43,908 nt of DNA from Deltaproteobacteria bacterium RIFCSPLOWO2_02_56_12 (GCA_001799045.1 MGRY01000143.1:1-43908), one strand, 5' to 3'. Numbered from the stretch's first letter, positions 16,671-26,708 are shown. Program-made: numbers and translations. The notes: generated by a model from the sequence alone, not told the origin.

Positions 16671-17981
16671 CTAACCCCTTCTTCCCCGCAGGCGACCTCG
16701 CTTCATGAACCCTTCGTAGTTGCGGGTAATCATATGCGTCTCGACTTGGGCGACAGTGTCCAAGGCTACGCCCACTACGATCAGAAGCGCTGTCCCGCCG
16801 AAGAAGAAAGGTACGTTGAATTGGCTGATCAGAATGGTCGGTATAAGGGCTACAACCGAAAGATAGATGGCCCCGCCCAGCGTGATCCGCGAGAGCACGC
16901 GGTCGATAAACTCCGCAGTCTTCTGTCCCGGCCGTATCCCCGGAATATATCCCCCGTATTTTTTCATGTTCTCCGCAACGTCCACAGGATTAAAAACCAC
17001 CGCCGTATAAAAATAACAGAAAAAGATAATGAACCCGACGTAAAGGACGTCATGCAACCAACGACCGGGAGCCAGATAGCCGGCCGCTGTTTGAGCCAAA
17101 GGGTGCTGCACAAACTGGGCTACGGTCGCAGGAAATATCAGTATCGAAGAGGCGAAGATAGGCGGAATCACGCCTGAGGTATTGATCTTCAGCGGCAGGT
17201 GAGAACTCTGTCCGCCGTACATCTTCCGCCCCACCACCCTCTTGGCATACTGTACAGGAATTCTTCTCTGGCCCCGCTCCATAAAGATAATGACCCCCAC
17301 CACGGCCACCACGATTACCAGGACCATGAGAACCACCAGCACCCCCAACTCCCCCTCTTGAACAAACTGAAAGGTGGACGTCATGGCTGACGGCAACCGC
17401 GCCACGATTCCGGCAAATATGATTAAAGAAATTCCGTTGCCTATGCCCCGCTCTGTAATCTGTTCTCCCAACCACATGATAAAGGCTGTGCCCGAAGTCA
17501 GGGTGACGATCGTCATAAAACGAAAACGCCAGCCCGGCTCCAGCACAATAGCCTCGCCCCCTGGTCCCCTGGTACCTTCAAGTCCGACAGCGATCATCAT
17601 CCCTTGAATAATAGAGAGGACAATCGTGCCATAGCGGGTATACTGGGTAATTTTACGGCGACCCACCTCACCCTCTTTCGAAAGCCGCTCGAGATAAGGG
17701 AACACCACCGTCAGAAGCTGTAAAATAATTGAAGCGCTAATATAGGGCATAATGCCCAAAGAGAAGACCGAGAATTGCTCCAGCGCCCCACCGGAAAAAA
17801 GGTTAAACAAACCAAATATGGTGTCCTTGACACGTTCGAAGAAAGCGGCCAGCGCCAGCCGATCAATCCCGGGGGTCGGAATGTGAACTCCCACGCGATA
17901 GACAGCGAGCATGGCCAAAGTAAAAAAAAGCCTGCGCCTCAGCTCCGGGATCTTGGTCGCGTTTTGGAACCCTTCAAGCAT
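16671..17981 (-). CDS. secY: Preprotein translocase subunit SecY
   Basis: 436 aa and polytopic, with [16 protein letters not shown] and the GRKKI-like loop ([11 protein letters not shown]). Confidence 0.97.
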   Translation of the reverse strand: MLEGFQNATKIPELRRRLFFTLAMLAVYRVGVHIPTPGIDRLALAAFFERVKDTIFGLFNLFSGGALEQFSVFSLGIMPYISASIILQLLTVVFPYLERLSKEGEVGRRKITQYTRYGTIVLSIIQGMMIAVGLEGTRGPGGEAIVLEPGWRFRFMTIVTLTSGTAFIMWLGEQITERGIGNGISLIIFAGIVARLPSAMTSTFQFVQEGELGVLVVLMVLVIVVAVVGVIIFMERGQRRIPVQYAKRVVGRKMYGGQSSHLPLKINTSGVIPPIFASSILIFPATVAQFVQHPLAQTAAGYLAPGRWLHDVLYVGFIIFFCYFYTAVVFNPVDVAENMKKYGGYIPGIRPGQKTAEFIDRVLSRITLGGAIYLSVVALIPTILISQFNVPFFFGGTALLIVVGVALDTVAQVETHMITRNYEGFMKRGRLRGRRG

Positions 17982-18426
17982 GAGGGATTACTAACTCTGC
18001 CTTTCCGCCTAAGGCCTCGATCTTTTCCTTGGCCTTCAAAGAAAAACCGTGGGCCTTGACAGTCAGCGGTTTACTCAACGAACCGTCGCCTAAGATTTTT
18101 ACCCGCTCCTCTTTGCCTCGGACCAATCCATGCTCTCTCAGCGTTTCGGGCGTCACCTCACTACCGGAAGCAAAGATCTCCAACTGCCCTAGATTGACCA
18201 CAGCCGCGCTTTTTCTGCAGGGGTTATGGAAACCCCGCTTGGGCACTCGCCGCTGAAGCGGCATCTGGCCGCCCTCGAATCCCGGCGGAGTATTCCCCCC
18301 AGAACGGGCCCCCTGACCCTTGTGGCCACGACCGGAGGTTTTCCCATGTCCAGAACCGTCCCCCCGACCCACTCGCTTTCTTTTTTTCTTGGAGCCTGGG
18401 GCTGGTTTCAGATTGCTTAGATCCAT
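17974..18426 (-). CDS. rplO: 50S ribosomal protein L15
   Basis: [22 protein letters not shown]...GRGHKGQ. It overlaps the secY start by 8 nt. Confidence 0.97.
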   Translation of the reverse strand: MDLSNLKPAPGSKKKRKRVGRGDGSGHGKTSGRGHKGQGARSGGNTPPGFEGGQMPLQRRVPKRGFHNPCRKSAAVVNLGQLEIFASGSEVTPETLREHGLVRGKEERVKILGDGSLSKPLTVKAHGFSLKAKEKIEALGGKAELVIPHA

Positions 18427-18431
18427 AAAAA

Positions 18432-18929
18432 TCAGCGAATATCGGCCAACGCCTTCCCGCGCCGACCAGCTATCTCCTCAGGAAATTTAAGGTTTTTGAG
18501 AGCCTCAAAGGTAGCCTTCACCATGTTGTGGGGATTGTTGGAGCCAATGCATTTGGAAAGAACATCCTTAATACCCGCAGCTTCAACCACTGCACGCACT
18601 CCCCCTCCGGCAATCACCCCGGTCCCCTCGGACGCAGGCTTGAGCATGACATAACCGGCGCCGAACTTGCCGTTAACCTCGAAGGGAATCGTCCCATCGA
18701 TGACTGGGACTCTGATCAAATCCTTTTTGGCCTGCTCCAACCCTTTTCGGATCGCCTCCGGCACTTCTTTGGCTTTGCCCATCCCGTACCCCACCGTGGA
18801 CTTGCCATCCCCCACAACCACCAGGGCACTGAAGCTAAAGCGGCGGCCCCCTTTAACAACCTTGGCCACCCTGCTGATATGGACGACTTTCTCTTTTAAC
18901 TCTAAACCCTGTGGATCAATCCGTTCCAA
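18432..18929 (-). CDS. rpsE: 30S ribosomal protein S5
   Basis: [27 protein letters not shown]. The stop is only 5 nt from the rplO start, so no rpmD gene lies between them. Confidence 0.97.
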   Translation of the reverse strand: MERIDPQGLELKEKVVHISRVAKVVKGGRRFSFSALVVVGDGKSTVGYGMGKAKEVPEAIRKGLEQAKKDLIRVPVIDGTIPFEVNGKFGAGYVMLKPASEGTGVIAGGGVRAVVEAAGIKDVLSKCIGSNNPHNMVKATFEALKNLKFPEEIAGRRGKALADIR

Positions 18930-18945
18930 AGAAACCTCACCTTGG

Positions 18946-19314
18946 TTAAAAAATCAGACCACCTTCGCGCGCAGCCTCGGCTAAGGCCTTCACGCGCCCA
19001 TGGAATAGGAACCCATTGCGGTCAAAAATTACGTTGGTAATTTTTTTCTCCTTGCAGATCTGAGCCAGCAACTGTCCCACCTGCTTTGCAGCCTCCAGCC
19101 CTTTGGTCTTTGGTAGCTTTCCCTTTAACTCCGGTGCAAGGGTGGAAACCGACGTCAGAGTCACCCCTCTCTCGTCGGAAATGACCTGAGCGTAAATATG
19201 TTTGAGACTGCGATAGACGCAAACGCGAGGACGCGCATCTGTTCCCCAGATCTTCTTGCGCACCCGCCCTTGTCTTCTTTTACGCCCAATTTCTCTCTGA
19301 CTGTCTAACATCAC
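18946..19314 (-). CDS. rplR: 50S ribosomal protein L18
   Basis: [18 protein letters not shown]...[20 protein letters not shown]. Confidence 0.96.
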   Translation of the reverse strand: MMLDSQREIGRKRRQGRVRKKIWGTDARPRVCVYRSLKHIYAQVISDERGVTLTSVSTLAPELKGKLPKTKGLEAAKQVGQLLAQICKEKKITNVIFDRNGFLFHGRVKALAEAAREGGLIF

Positions 19315-19325
19315 CTTACCTCGGA

Positions 19326-19877
19326 TTAGGCCGAACCGGCAGCACCTACGGCTTTCCCAGCCTTGCGCTGAATCACCTCTTCGCGATATTTGATTCCTTT
19401 GCCCTTGTAGGGTTCGGGGGGCTTCAGACCGCGAATCATGGCAGCGGTCTTCCCCAGGATCTCCCTGTCAGCGCCCTGGAGGGTAACAATGATCTGTCTC
19501 TCCACGGCCGCTGTCACTCCTGGCGGCAGAGGAAAAACGACCGGGTGAGAAAAACCCAAGGTCAAATGCAGATCCGTCCCTTTTACCTCTGCCCGGTAGC
19601 CCACCCCGTTGATTTCCAGAACCCGGCTGAAACCTCGGCTAACCCCTTCGATCATATTGGCGACGAGTTTTCTGGTCAGCCCATGGAGGGCCTTGAGATT
19701 CCTTTCCTCGCCATCTCTGACCACACGAAGTTGATTCCCCTCAAGCTTAATTTGGATCCCCTGCAGAACTTCCGTCCTGAGCTTGCCCTTCGGCCCCTCT
19801 ACACGGATCGCCCCGTCTTCCAAAGCGACCTTTACCCCGTCAGGAATCGATATCGGCAATCTTCCAATTCGCGACAC
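19326..19877 (-). CDS. rplF: 50S ribosomal protein L6
   Basis: [17 protein letters not shown]...[10 protein letters not shown]...[11 protein letters not shown]. Confidence 0.97.
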   Translation of the reverse strand: MSRIGRLPISIPDGVKVALEDGAIRVEGPKGKLRTEVLQGIQIKLEGNQLRVVRDGEERNLKALHGLTRKLVANMIEGVSRGFSRVLEINGVGYRAEVKGTDLHLTLGFSHPVVFPLPPGVTAAVERQIIVTLQGADREILGKTAAMIRGLKPPEPYKGKGIKYREEVIQRKAGKAVGAAGSA

Positions 19878-19897
19878 CGTTACACCTCACCCCCGGT

Positions 19898-20302
19898 TTA
19901 CCAAACCGAGCAGATCAACTCCCCTCCCACTTTGGCCTTCATTGCTTCCCGATCCACCATTATCCCTTTGGGAGTAGAAAGGATATTGATCCCCAGCCCC
20001 CTACGGATGGGAGGAATCTCTTTAAACCCTACGTACACTCGCAGGCTGGGCCGGCTGACCCGCCGCAGGCCTGAAACGACCGGCTGGTTTTCCTTGTCAA
20101 ACCTTAACTGGATGCGGAGCTCTTCGCCCGCGCGTTCCTTCGCCTTAGTCCTTTTAAACTCTTGCAGATAGCCCTCCGCCACCAAGACCCTGAGGATCTC
20201 CTCCTTGGTGCGCGACCACGGAACATCCACGCTCTCATGCCGTGCTCGGGCGGCATTTCGAATTCGAGTCAGCATATCCGCAATCGGATCTGTCATTCCC
20301 AT
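19898..20302 (-). CDS. rpsH: 30S ribosomal protein S8
   Basis: MTDPIADMLTRIRNA...STPKGIMVDREA...GGELICSVW. Confidence 0.97.
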   Translation of the reverse strand: MGMTDPIADMLTRIRNAARARHESVDVPWSRTKEEILRVLVAEGYLQEFKRTKAKERAGEELRIQLRFDKENQPVVSGLRRVSRPSLRVYVGFKEIPPIRRGLGINILSTPKGIMVDREAMKAKVGGELICSVW

Positions 20303-20319
20303 CTTTGCACTCCGTGTAG

Positions 20320-20505
20320 TTACCAGCTCGCCTTAATTAATCCCGGGATCTGCCCCTTACGCGCGAACTCCCTAAGACAAATCCGACACATCCGAAAGCG
20401 CCGATAGAAGGCCCTGGCGCGACCGCAGAGAGGACAGCGGTTATACTGGCGCACCTTGAACTTATTGGGTCTTTCCGCCTTGATTCTAAGACACTTCTTG
20501 GCCAA
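20320..20505 (-). CDS. rpsZ: 30S ribosomal protein S14, type Z (zinc-binding)
   Basis: 61 aa: [43 protein letters not shown]. Confidence 0.96.
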   Translation of the reverse strand: MAKKCLRIKAERPNKFKVRQYNRCPLCGRARAFYRRFRMCRICLREFARKGQIPGLIKASW

Positions 20506-20517
20506 TGAACTCTCCTC

Positions 20518-21057
20518 TTAACTGGCGAACGGCATCCCCATATACTTGAGCAACGCCTTTCCCTCCTTGTCTGTTTTTGCCGTGGTGACGATCGATACGG
20601 CGAGCCCGCGGGCCTTTTCCACCTTATCGGCCTGGATCTCTGGAAAGATGATCTGTTCTCGAAGCCCGAGCGAGTAATTTCCACGACGATCGAAGGAGCG
20701 GTCTGAGACTCCCCTGAAATCTCTGACCCGGGGCAACGCCACATGGATCAAGCGATCCAAGAACTCGTACATCCGCTCTCTTCTCAGCGTGACCATGCAC
20801 CCGATCGGGACTCCCTCGCGCAACTTGAAATTCGCTATGGCCTTTTTCGCTTTCGTGATCACCGGCTTCTGACCGGTGATGGCCACCACCTCGGACACCG
20901 CCGCGTCCAGGACCTTGATATTCTGAGTCGCCTCGCCGAGACCGACGTTCAATGTAATCTTCTCCAAGCGCGGCACCTGAAGGGGGTTCTTGTAACCAAA
21001 CTCCTTCATCATGGCCGGAATGACCTCTTCCTGATACTTTTTCTTCAGACGCTCCAT
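20518..21057 (-). CDS. rplE: 50S ribosomal protein L5
   Basis: [20 protein letters not shown]...[17 protein letters not shown]. Confidence 0.97.
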   Translation of the reverse strand: MERLKKKYQEEVIPAMMKEFGYKNPLQVPRLEKITLNVGLGEATQNIKVLDAAVSEVVAITGQKPVITKAKKAIANFKLREGVPIGCMVTLRRERMYEFLDRLIHVALPRVRDFRGVSDRSFDRRGNYSLGLREQIIFPEIQADKVEKARGLAVSIVTTAKTDKEGKALLKYMGMPFAS

Positions 21058-21069
21058 TTTAGTCTTTTC

Positions 21070-21381
21070 TTAATCCAGAGTTTCTCCACAGCGACGACAG
21101 ATGCGCACCTTTTTTCCATCCGGCAAAGCCTTTCTGCCGATTCGAACCGGGGCATTGCATTTGTCGCACATCACCATCAGATTGGAGGCATGGATGGAAG
21201 CCTCCTTTTCCAGGATTCCACCGGGCTGTTGCGGTCCTCGCTGCCGGCTGTGTCGTTTTACCAGATTCACCCGCTCGATTATGGCAGCCTCCCTTTCCGG
21301 AATGACCCTGAGGACCTTACCGGTCTTCCCCCGCTCCCTACCAGCGATAACCATGACACTGTCGTTCTTGCGAATGTTCAT
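21070..21381 (-). CDS. rplX: 50S ribosomal protein L24 (with C-terminal Cys4 ribbon)
   Basis: KOW motif [21 protein letters not shown]. The C-terminus is [28 protein letters not shown]. Confidence 0.96.
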   Translation of the reverse strand: MNIRKNDSVMVIAGRERGKTGKVLRVIPEREAAIIERVNLVKRHSRQRGPQQPGGILEKEASIHASNLMVMCDKCNAPVRIGRKALPDGKKVRICRRCGETLD

Positions 21382-21394
21382 ATACCAATTTGGG

Positions 21395-21413
21395 ATTTTA
21401 GATAATCTAAAAT
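21395..21413. repeat. 19-bp perfect palindrome in the rplN>rplX spacer
   Basis: ATTTTAGATAATCTAAAAT (9-bp arms around a single central A). It begins 1 nt after the rplN stop codon. Confidence 0.8.
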
Positions 21414-21414
21414 T

Positions 21415-21783
21415 TCAAAGCACCTCTGGGGCGAGAGAAATGATCTTCATAAACTTCTTTGCCCTGAGTTCGCGCGCCACGGGCCCGAAGATGCGGGTCC
21501 CGATCGGCTCCTTCTGGTTATCGATGAGGACCGCGGAGTTGCTGTCGAACTTGATGTAACTCCCGTCCGAACGCCCAATCTCTTTTGCAGTCCGCACCAC
21601 CACGGCCTTCATCACATCGCCCTTCTTTACCTTGGCATTTGGAATCGCCTCTTTGATCGAAACTACAATAATATCTCCGAGGGAGGCGTACTTGCGCTTG
21701 CTCCCCCCCAGGACCTTAATGCACTGGACCTTCCGCGCCCCTGAGTTATCCGCCACATCCAACACCGTTCTCATCTGAATCAT
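21415..21783 (-). CDS. rplN: 50S ribosomal protein L14
   Basis: [28 protein letters not shown]. Confidence 0.97.
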   Translation of the reverse strand: MIQMRTVLDVADNSGARKVQCIKVLGGSKRKYASLGDIIVVSIKEAIPNAKVKKGDVMKAVVVRTAKEIGRSDGSYIKFDSNSAVLIDNQKEPIGTRIFGPVARELRAKKFMKIISLAPEVL

Positions 21784-21807
21784 GAGTCGACCTCGTCACG
21801 AAAAGCC

Positions 21808-22110
21808 TTAAAGTCCGACCTGAGAATCTGCCGGCGCCGCTTCTTTTTCCGTCGTCACGGCCCGCTCTAGAATTCGGCTCACACGCCAGCGCTTCTCCCG
21901 GCTCAGGGGTTGACATTCGACAATCAGCACCTGATCCCCTACTTGACATTCGCTCTTCTCATCGTGGGCCTTCACTTTGGTTCGGCGCTTGAGGTATTTT
22001 TTATACTTCGGATGCATGACAATTCTCTCCACAGAAACGACCACGGTCTTGTGCATCCGATTACTCTTCACCACGCCCTTGCGCTCCTTGCGCATGCCCC
22101 TTTTATTCAT
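21808..22110 (-). CDS. rpsQ: 30S ribosomal protein S17
   Basis: GVVKSNRMHKTVVVSVERIVMHPKYKKY...KAHDE...GDQVLIVECQPLSREKRW, plus a C-terminal tail of about 15 aa. Confidence 0.96.
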   Translation of the reverse strand: MNKRGMRKERKGVVKSNRMHKTVVVSVERIVMHPKYKKYLKRRTKVKAHDEKSECQVGDQVLIVECQPLSREKRWRVSRILERAVTTEKEAAPADSQVGL

Positions 22111-22119
22111 CTCGCCCTT

Positions 22120-22323
22120 TTATCCTTCCCGCTGCCGAAGCGCCCTTTCTCTCAGAACCGTCTCGACCCGAGCCAGATCCCGCTTTGCTTCCCTCAACTT
22201 CATGGGATTTTCCAGCCGGCTCGTGGCCCGTCTGAGTTTGAGGTGAAAGATCTCCTCTTTAAGCTCACCACGTTTCTGATTAAGCTCCCCAATGCTAATC
22301 TCCCTAAGCTGCTTAGGCTCCAT
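22120..22323 (-). CDS. rpmC: 50S ribosomal protein L29
   Basis: ATG at 22323: [31 protein letters not shown]. It overlaps the rplP 3' end by 11 nt. The ORF-track start at 22347 adds 8 residues. Confidence 0.93.
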   Translation of the reverse strand: MEPKQLREISIGELNQKRGELKEEIFHLKLRRATSRLENPMKLREAKRDLARVETVLRERALRQREG

Positions 22324-22738
22324 GCGCCAACCCCCTGCGCTCGACAAAAAGAGTAGGGATAGAGATCTTGTGCGAGGCCAAACGAAACGCCTCTCGGGCT
22401 AAGTCTCCCTGCACCCCTTCCATTTCGAAGAGAATCCTCCCCGGCTTGATGACCGCCACCCACATCTCAGGGGCGCCCTTGCCTTTCCCCATTCTGGTTT
22501 CTGCCGGCTTCTTAGTTAAAGGCTTATCCGGGAAAACCCGTATCCAGACCTTGCCTCCCCGCTTCATGTAACGGGTCAAGGCAATTCGCGCAGCCTCAAT
22601 CTCCCGCGCGCTGAGCCAGCCCCGGCCTAGGGCCTTAAGTCCATAGTCGCCAAAGGCCAACGTGGATCCCCGATGGGCCATTCCGGCCCTTCGCCCCTTC
22701 TGTAGCTTGCGGTGTTTTACTTTTTTCGGTTCCAGCAT
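22313..22738 (-). CDS. rplP: 50S ribosomal protein L16
   Basis: [21 protein letters not shown]...[24 protein letters not shown]. Confidence 0.97.
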   Translation of the reverse strand: MLEPKKVKHRKLQKGRRAGMAHRGSTLAFGDYGLKALGRGWLSAREIEAARIALTRYMKRGGKVWIRVFPDKPLTKKPAETRMGKGKGAPEMWVAVIKPGRILFEMEGVQGDLAREAFRLASHKISIPTLFVERRGLAHGA

Positions 22739-22744
22739 CCCTTA

Positions 22745-22772
22745 AACCCTTGAACTCTTTAACCCTTGAACT
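22745..22772 (-). repeat. Tandem duplication in the rpsC>rplP spacer
   Basis: AACCCTTGAACT occurs at 22745-22756 and again at 22761-22772 (16-nt period). In mRNA sense this gives repeated AGUUCAAGGGUU, with SD-like AAGGG. Confidence 0.8.
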
Positions 22773-22778
22773 TTATCA

Positions 22779-23441
22779 TTACGCTCCCAACATCGCCTTT
22801 TGCTGCTCTTCTTCCTCGGTTAAGACCTCGCCCCGAAAAATCCAGACCTTGACCCCGATGGCTCCGTAAGTCGTTCGGGATTCCGCAAAGCCGTAGCTGA
22901 TATCGGCCCTCAGGGTATGCAAGGGGACGCGGCCTTCCCGATACCACTCGGTTCGCGCAATTTCCGTCCCCCCCAATCTTCCCGCACACTGGATCTTGAT
23001 CCCCTGCGCCCCCATCCTCATCGCCCGGGAGACGCTCTCTTTCATGGCCCTGCGGAAAGCCACCCTCCGCTCCAACTGCAAGGCGACATTCTCACTCACA
23101 AGCTGCGCATCCAGATCCGGTCGGCGCACCTCAATGATATTGAGATAGGTCTCCCGATCCGTGAGCCGGGTGAGCTCCTCCTTGAGCTTCTCAATCTCGG
23201 CGCCCTTCTTACCGATCACAATTCCAGGACGGGCGGTATGGATGTTAATCTTTGCCTTGTTAGCGGCCCGTTCAATTTCAATCTTTGAAATCCCCGCATG
23301 GTAAAGACGGCTCTTTAAAAACTTCTTTATCTTGAAATCCTCATGGAGCAGATTCGCGTAGTCATGACCTGCGTACCATTTCGAGTCCCAAGACTCGATG
23401 ACCCCGACACGAAAGATCTTCGGATGCACCTTCTGACCCAT
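22779..23441 (-). CDS. rpsC: 30S ribosomal protein S3
   Basis: [24 protein letters not shown] plus KH and S3-C domains. Confidence 0.97.
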   Translation of the reverse strand: MGQKVHPKIFRVGVIESWDSKWYAGHDYANLLHEDFKIKKFLKSRLYHAGISKIEIERAANKAKINIHTARPGIVIGKKGAEIEKLKEELTRLTDRETYLNIIEVRRPDLDAQLVSENVALQLERRVAFRRAMKESVSRAMRMGAQGIKIQCAGRLGGTEIARTEWYREGRVPLHTLRADISYGFAESRTTYGAIGVKVWIFRGEVLTEEEEQQKAMLGA

Positions 23442-23447
23442 TAGGAC

Positions 23448-23783
23448 TTAACTCCTCTCATCGACCACCACGGTGATATGGCTCAGCCGCTTTCGGATGC
23501 GTGTGGCCCGACCCATGGCCCGAGGCATGAAGCGTTTCCACATGCCTCCCTCGTCCACCGTAACGCGCTTAACATAAAGCCTGTCCACATCCACGCTCTG
23601 AGTACCCTCGGCATTCGCCACCGCCGCTCTGAGCGCCTTGGTCACGAGCACCGCGGAGCGCTTAGGGACAAACTTAAGGATGTTGAGGGCCTCCTCAACC
23701 CCTTTGCCACGGATTTCATCCACAACTAGCCTTACCTTCCGGGGAGAGAGCCGAACAAATCTTGTGATAGCACGTGTCTCCAT
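23448..23783 (-). CDS. rplV: 50S ribosomal protein L22
   Basis: [31 protein letters not shown]...[20 protein letters not shown]. Confidence 0.97.
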   Translation of the reverse strand: METRAITRFVRLSPRKVRLVVDEIRGKGVEEALNILKFVPKRSAVLVTKALRAAVANAEGTQSVDVDRLYVKRVTVDEGGMWKRFMPRAMGRATRIRKRLSHITVVVDERS

Positions 23784-23800
23784 CGCTTCTAACCAAGGTA

Positions 23801-23872
23801 AATTTCAAATTGCAAAGTGCAAAATGAAAAATGATTTGGCAATATGAGATTTGCAATTTGCATTTTGCATTG
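23801..23872 (-). repeat. Family B intercistronic word-palindrome element (rpsS>rplV spacer)
   Basis: TGCAAA-type words are followed by TTTGCA-type words. It shares TGCAAAATGAAAA (23818-23830) and TGCATTTTGCATT (23859-23871) with the fusA>rpsJ spacer, in the same order and orientation. Confidence 0.75.
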
Positions 23873-23876
23873 ATCC

Positions 23877-24248
23877 TCAGGCACCTGCCTTTGGGGTAGC
23901 CGGCGTTTTAGGGGCAGCCGGAGCCGACCCTGGGGCAGCGCCCGGCACCGGGGCTCCGGCCGGAACCGTTGCCCTGGCCTCTCCCTTTCGATCTCCGGAA
24001 TGGACAAAAAAAGTCCGTGTCGGGGAAAACTCCCCGAGCTTGTGACCCACCATATTCTCCGTGACGAATACTGGAATAAACTTTCTCCCGTTGTGAACAG
24101 CGATCGTGTAGCCGACCATCTCCGGAGTGATCATAGAACGACGAGACCAAGTTTTCACGACGCGCTTTTCCCTAGTCTGGTTCAGCGTCTCGATCTTCCG
24201 CCTTAAGTGGTCGTCCACAAAAGGCCCCTTCTTGATTGAGCGTGCCAT
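23877..24248 (-). CDS. rpsS: 30S ribosomal protein S19 (with Ala/Pro-rich C-terminal tail)
   Basis: ATG at 24248: [15 protein letters not shown]...[13 protein letters not shown], followed by a tail of about 33 aa ([33 protein letters not shown]). The ORF-track start at 24257 would overlap the rplB stop. Confidence 0.95.
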   Translation of the reverse strand: MARSIKKGPFVDDHLRRKIETLNQTREKRVVKTWSRRSMITPEMVGYTIAVHNGRKFIPVFVTENMVGHKLGEFSPTRTFFVHSGDRKGEARATVPAGAPVPGAAPGSAPAAPKTPATPKAGA

Positions 24249-24253
24249 CGGTA

Positions 24254-25075
24254 TCAAGCCTCTCTGCGTTTCACGATATACTTATCCGACGCCCGATTTT
24301 TCCTGGTTTTGTATCCTTTAGTCGGCTTCCCCCAAGGTGTCATCGGGTGGTTTCCCTTGGAACGACCTTCGCCCCCTCCGTGGGGATGATCCACGGGGTT
24401 CTTGGCCATTCCTCGAGTCACCGGCTTCCGCCCCAACCAACGCACCCTCCCGGCCTTCCCCTGGGAGATATTCCCCTGGTCAAGATTACCTACCTGCCCG
24501 ACAGTGGCGCGACACTCGGCAAGGACATTGCGCAGCTCCCCTGAGGGAAGTTTCAATAGCGCATAGTCTCCCTCCTTAGCCATCAACTGGGCTCCAGCAC
24601 CGGCGCTTCGGACCAACTGCCCTCCCTTACCAATCTTCAGCTCGACGTTGTGAATTATTGTTCCGACAGGAATAGCCCTTAAAGGGAGAGTATTCCCAGG
24701 TTTAATATCCACGTTATCTCCAGCAACCACACCATCCCCCACCTGCAACTGGTCCGGTGCAAGGATATATTTTCGTTCCCCGTCGGCATAGCAGAGCAGG
24801 GCGATGCGCGCGGATCGGTTCGGATCATACTCGATCGCCTCGACTTTCGCAGGGACACCCCTCTTGTCACGCTTAAAATCAATCAGCCGATATAACCGTT
24901 TGTGGCCGCCCCCGCGATGGTCGCTAGTAATCCTACCGGTATTGTTTCGGCCTCCGCTCCGTTTGAGAGGTCTCAGCAAACCGGCCTCCGGCTTCTTTTT
25001 CGTGACCTCTTCAAAAGTAAGCCCGGTACGAAAACGTATTCCAGGAGAGGTAGGATTATAATTTTTAATGGCCAT
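24254..25075 (-). CDS. rplB: 50S ribosomal protein L2
   Basis: [15 protein letters not shown]...[15 protein letters not shown]...[16 protein letters not shown]. Confidence 0.98.
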   Translation of the reverse strand: MAIKNYNPTSPGIRFRTGLTFEEVTKKKPEAGLLRPLKRSGGRNNTGRITSDHRGGGHKRLYRLIDFKRDKRGVPAKVEAIEYDPNRSARIALLCYADGERKYILAPDQLQVGDGVVAGDNVDIKPGNTLPLRAIPVGTIIHNVELKIGKGGQLVRSAGAGAQLMAKEGDYALLKLPSGELRNVLAECRATVGQVGNLDQGNISQGKAGRVRWLGRKPVTRGMAKNPVDHPHGGGEGRSKGNHPMTPWGKPTKGYKTRKNRASDKYIVKRREA

Positions 25076-25077
25076 TT

Positions 25078-25368
25078 TTACGCACCGCCAAAAAAGTCAA
25101 TTTTGTCGCCTTCCTTCAACGTCACATAGGCCTTTTTCCATTGCGGCAGACGACCAACATTTCTTCCCACCCGTCGCATCTTTCCCAGATAACGGATCAT
25201 TCTGACCTTGAGCACCTTCACCTTAAAAAGCGCCTCAACCGCCTTTTTGACCTCGATCTTATTGGCATCGGGTCGAACCTTAAACAGGACTTGATTGGTC
25301 TTCTCCGCCATCAGAGATCCCTTTTCGGTGATTAACGGGGCTCGGATGATCTCCTGATGCTCTCTCAT
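25078..25368 (-). CDS. rplW: 50S ribosomal protein L23
   Basis: [12 protein letters not shown]...[26 protein letters not shown]. Confidence 0.96.
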   Translation of the reverse strand: MREHQEIIRAPLITEKGSLMAEKTNQVLFKVRPDANKIEVKKAVEALFKVKVLKVRMIRYLGKMRRVGRNVGRLPQWKKAYVTLKEGDKIDFFGGA

Positions 25369-25970
25369 GCCACCAACCTCTCTTCGAGGAGCTTCAGGGA
25401 CCCCTCAGTCAAAATCAAATGCTCGTAGCGCAGTAGATCATAAACATTAAGCCCTTCGGCCCGAAGTACCTTAACAGCGTGTAGATTCCGAGCCGAGCGC
25501 TCCACCTTTTCATCGGACTCAGGGATAACGATCAGGGCGTTTTTAACCTGCAGATCTTCGAGCATCTTGCGCATGAGTTTGGTTTTGGCCTCTGCCATTT
25601 CCAATTTTTCCAGGACAATGATCTTGCCATCACGATTCTTGAGACTCAGAGCTGAAAGCAGAGCCTCTCTGCGGGCCTTCTTAGGCAGGCGGTAAGAATA
25701 GTCTCTCGGCTGAGGGCCAAAGATAGTCCCGCCGCCAACCCAGAGAGGCGATCGAATGCTCCCGGCACGCGCCCTCCCGGTTCCCTTCTGCTTCCAGGGT
25801 TTCTTTCCACCTCCGCGCACGAACCCCTTCGTTTTTGTGGCCGCCGTCCCTGCTCGGCGATTGCTGAGTTGCATGGCAACAACCTGATGCAGCAGGTGAG
25901 GCCGAGTCTTGAGGCCGAAGATATCGTCTTTAAGCTGAGGATGAATCACCCGGACTTCCATTGTTTCCAT
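25365..25970 (-). CDS. rplD: 50S ribosomal protein L4
   Basis: AATKTKGFVRGGGKKPWKQKGTGRARAGSIRSPLWVGGG. Confidence 0.96.
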   Translation of the reverse strand: METMEVRVIHPQLKDDIFGLKTRPHLLHQVVAMQLSNRRAGTAATKTKGFVRGGGKKPWKQKGTGRARAGSIRSPLWVGGGTIFGPQPRDYSYRLPKKARREALLSALSLKNRDGKIIVLEKLEMAEAKTKLMRKMLEDLQVKNALIVIPESDEKVERSARNLHAVKVLRAEGLNVYDLLRYEHLILTEGSLKLLEERLVA

Positions 25971-25972
25971 TG

Positions 25973-26611
25973 TTATTTATTCCCCTTTACTGCGCGCCGG
26001 ATTATGAGGATTCCGCGTTTGGCGCCGGGGATGGCGCCCTTAACGAGAATTAGATTTTCCTCGGGTCGAATTCCGACGACCTCAAGGTTTTGCACCGACA
26101 CCTTTTCGTTCCCCCAGTGGCCCGCCATCTTCTTTCCTTTGAAGACCCGGCCGGGGTAAGAGCGATTACCGATGGCGCCGCCATGGCGAAAATATTCATG
26201 CGTCCCGTGGGAAGCGGGGAACCCGCTAAAACTCCAACGTTTAATCACGCCGGCAAAACCTCGTCCCTTGCTCGTTCCACTGACATCAATCCGATCGCCC
26301 GCCTTGAAAATATCCGTTGCCTTGATCTCCTGCCCGACTTCGTATTGCCCCACGTCCTGTAAGCGGAATTCGCGCAAGACCTGGAAGGCCCCCTTGCCCG
26401 CCTTTACCATGTGGCCCTGCTCTGGCTTATTGACCCTCTGGTTCTTCTTGTTTCCGAAGCCAATCTGGACGGCACTGTAGCCGTCTCTTCCCGTTTCTTT
26501 TTTCTGCACCACTATACACGGACCGGTCCGGATCACCGTGACAGGGACCACGCTCCCATCGGCGCTGAAAACTTGCGTCATCCCGATCTTCTTACCTATA
26601 AGGCCTGTCAT
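25973..26611 (-). CDS. rplC: 50S ribosomal protein L3
   Basis: [15 protein letters not shown]...[15 protein letters not shown]. Confidence 0.97.
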   Translation of the reverse strand: MTGLIGKKIGMTQVFSADGSVVPVTVIRTGPCIVVQKKETGRDGYSAVQIGFGNKKNQRVNKPEQGHMVKAGKGAFQVLREFRLQDVGQYEVGQEIKATDIFKAGDRIDVSGTSKGRGFAGVIKRWSFSGFPASHGTHEYFRHGGAIGNRSYPGRVFKGKKMAGHWGNEKVSVQNLEVVGIRPEENLILVKGAIPGAKRGILIIRRAVKGNK

Positions 26612-26620
26612 ACTTAGCTA

Positions 26621-26706
26621 CTAGTTCCTAGTTGTTCGTTATTAGTTGCTGATGGTTGGCGAACATTTTTTATCCAATAACCAGTAACAAATAACCAATA
26701 ACTAAC
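26621..26706 (-). repeat. Family C intercistronic word-palindrome element (rpsJ>rplC spacer)
   Basis: The left half is rich in CTAGTT/GTTATTAGTT words (CTAGTT at 26621 and 26628). The right half is rich in their complements (CCAATAACCAGTAACAAATAACCAATAACTAAC). The shared 13-mer AATAACCAATAAC lies at 26690-26702. Confidence 0.7.
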
Positions 26707-26708
26707 TG

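Noticed and set aside
16608-21405. + strand ORFs 16608-17177, 19545-20171 and 20743-21405
   Set aside because: They are antisense to secY and to the rplF, rpsH, rplE and rplX genes, with no independent support.
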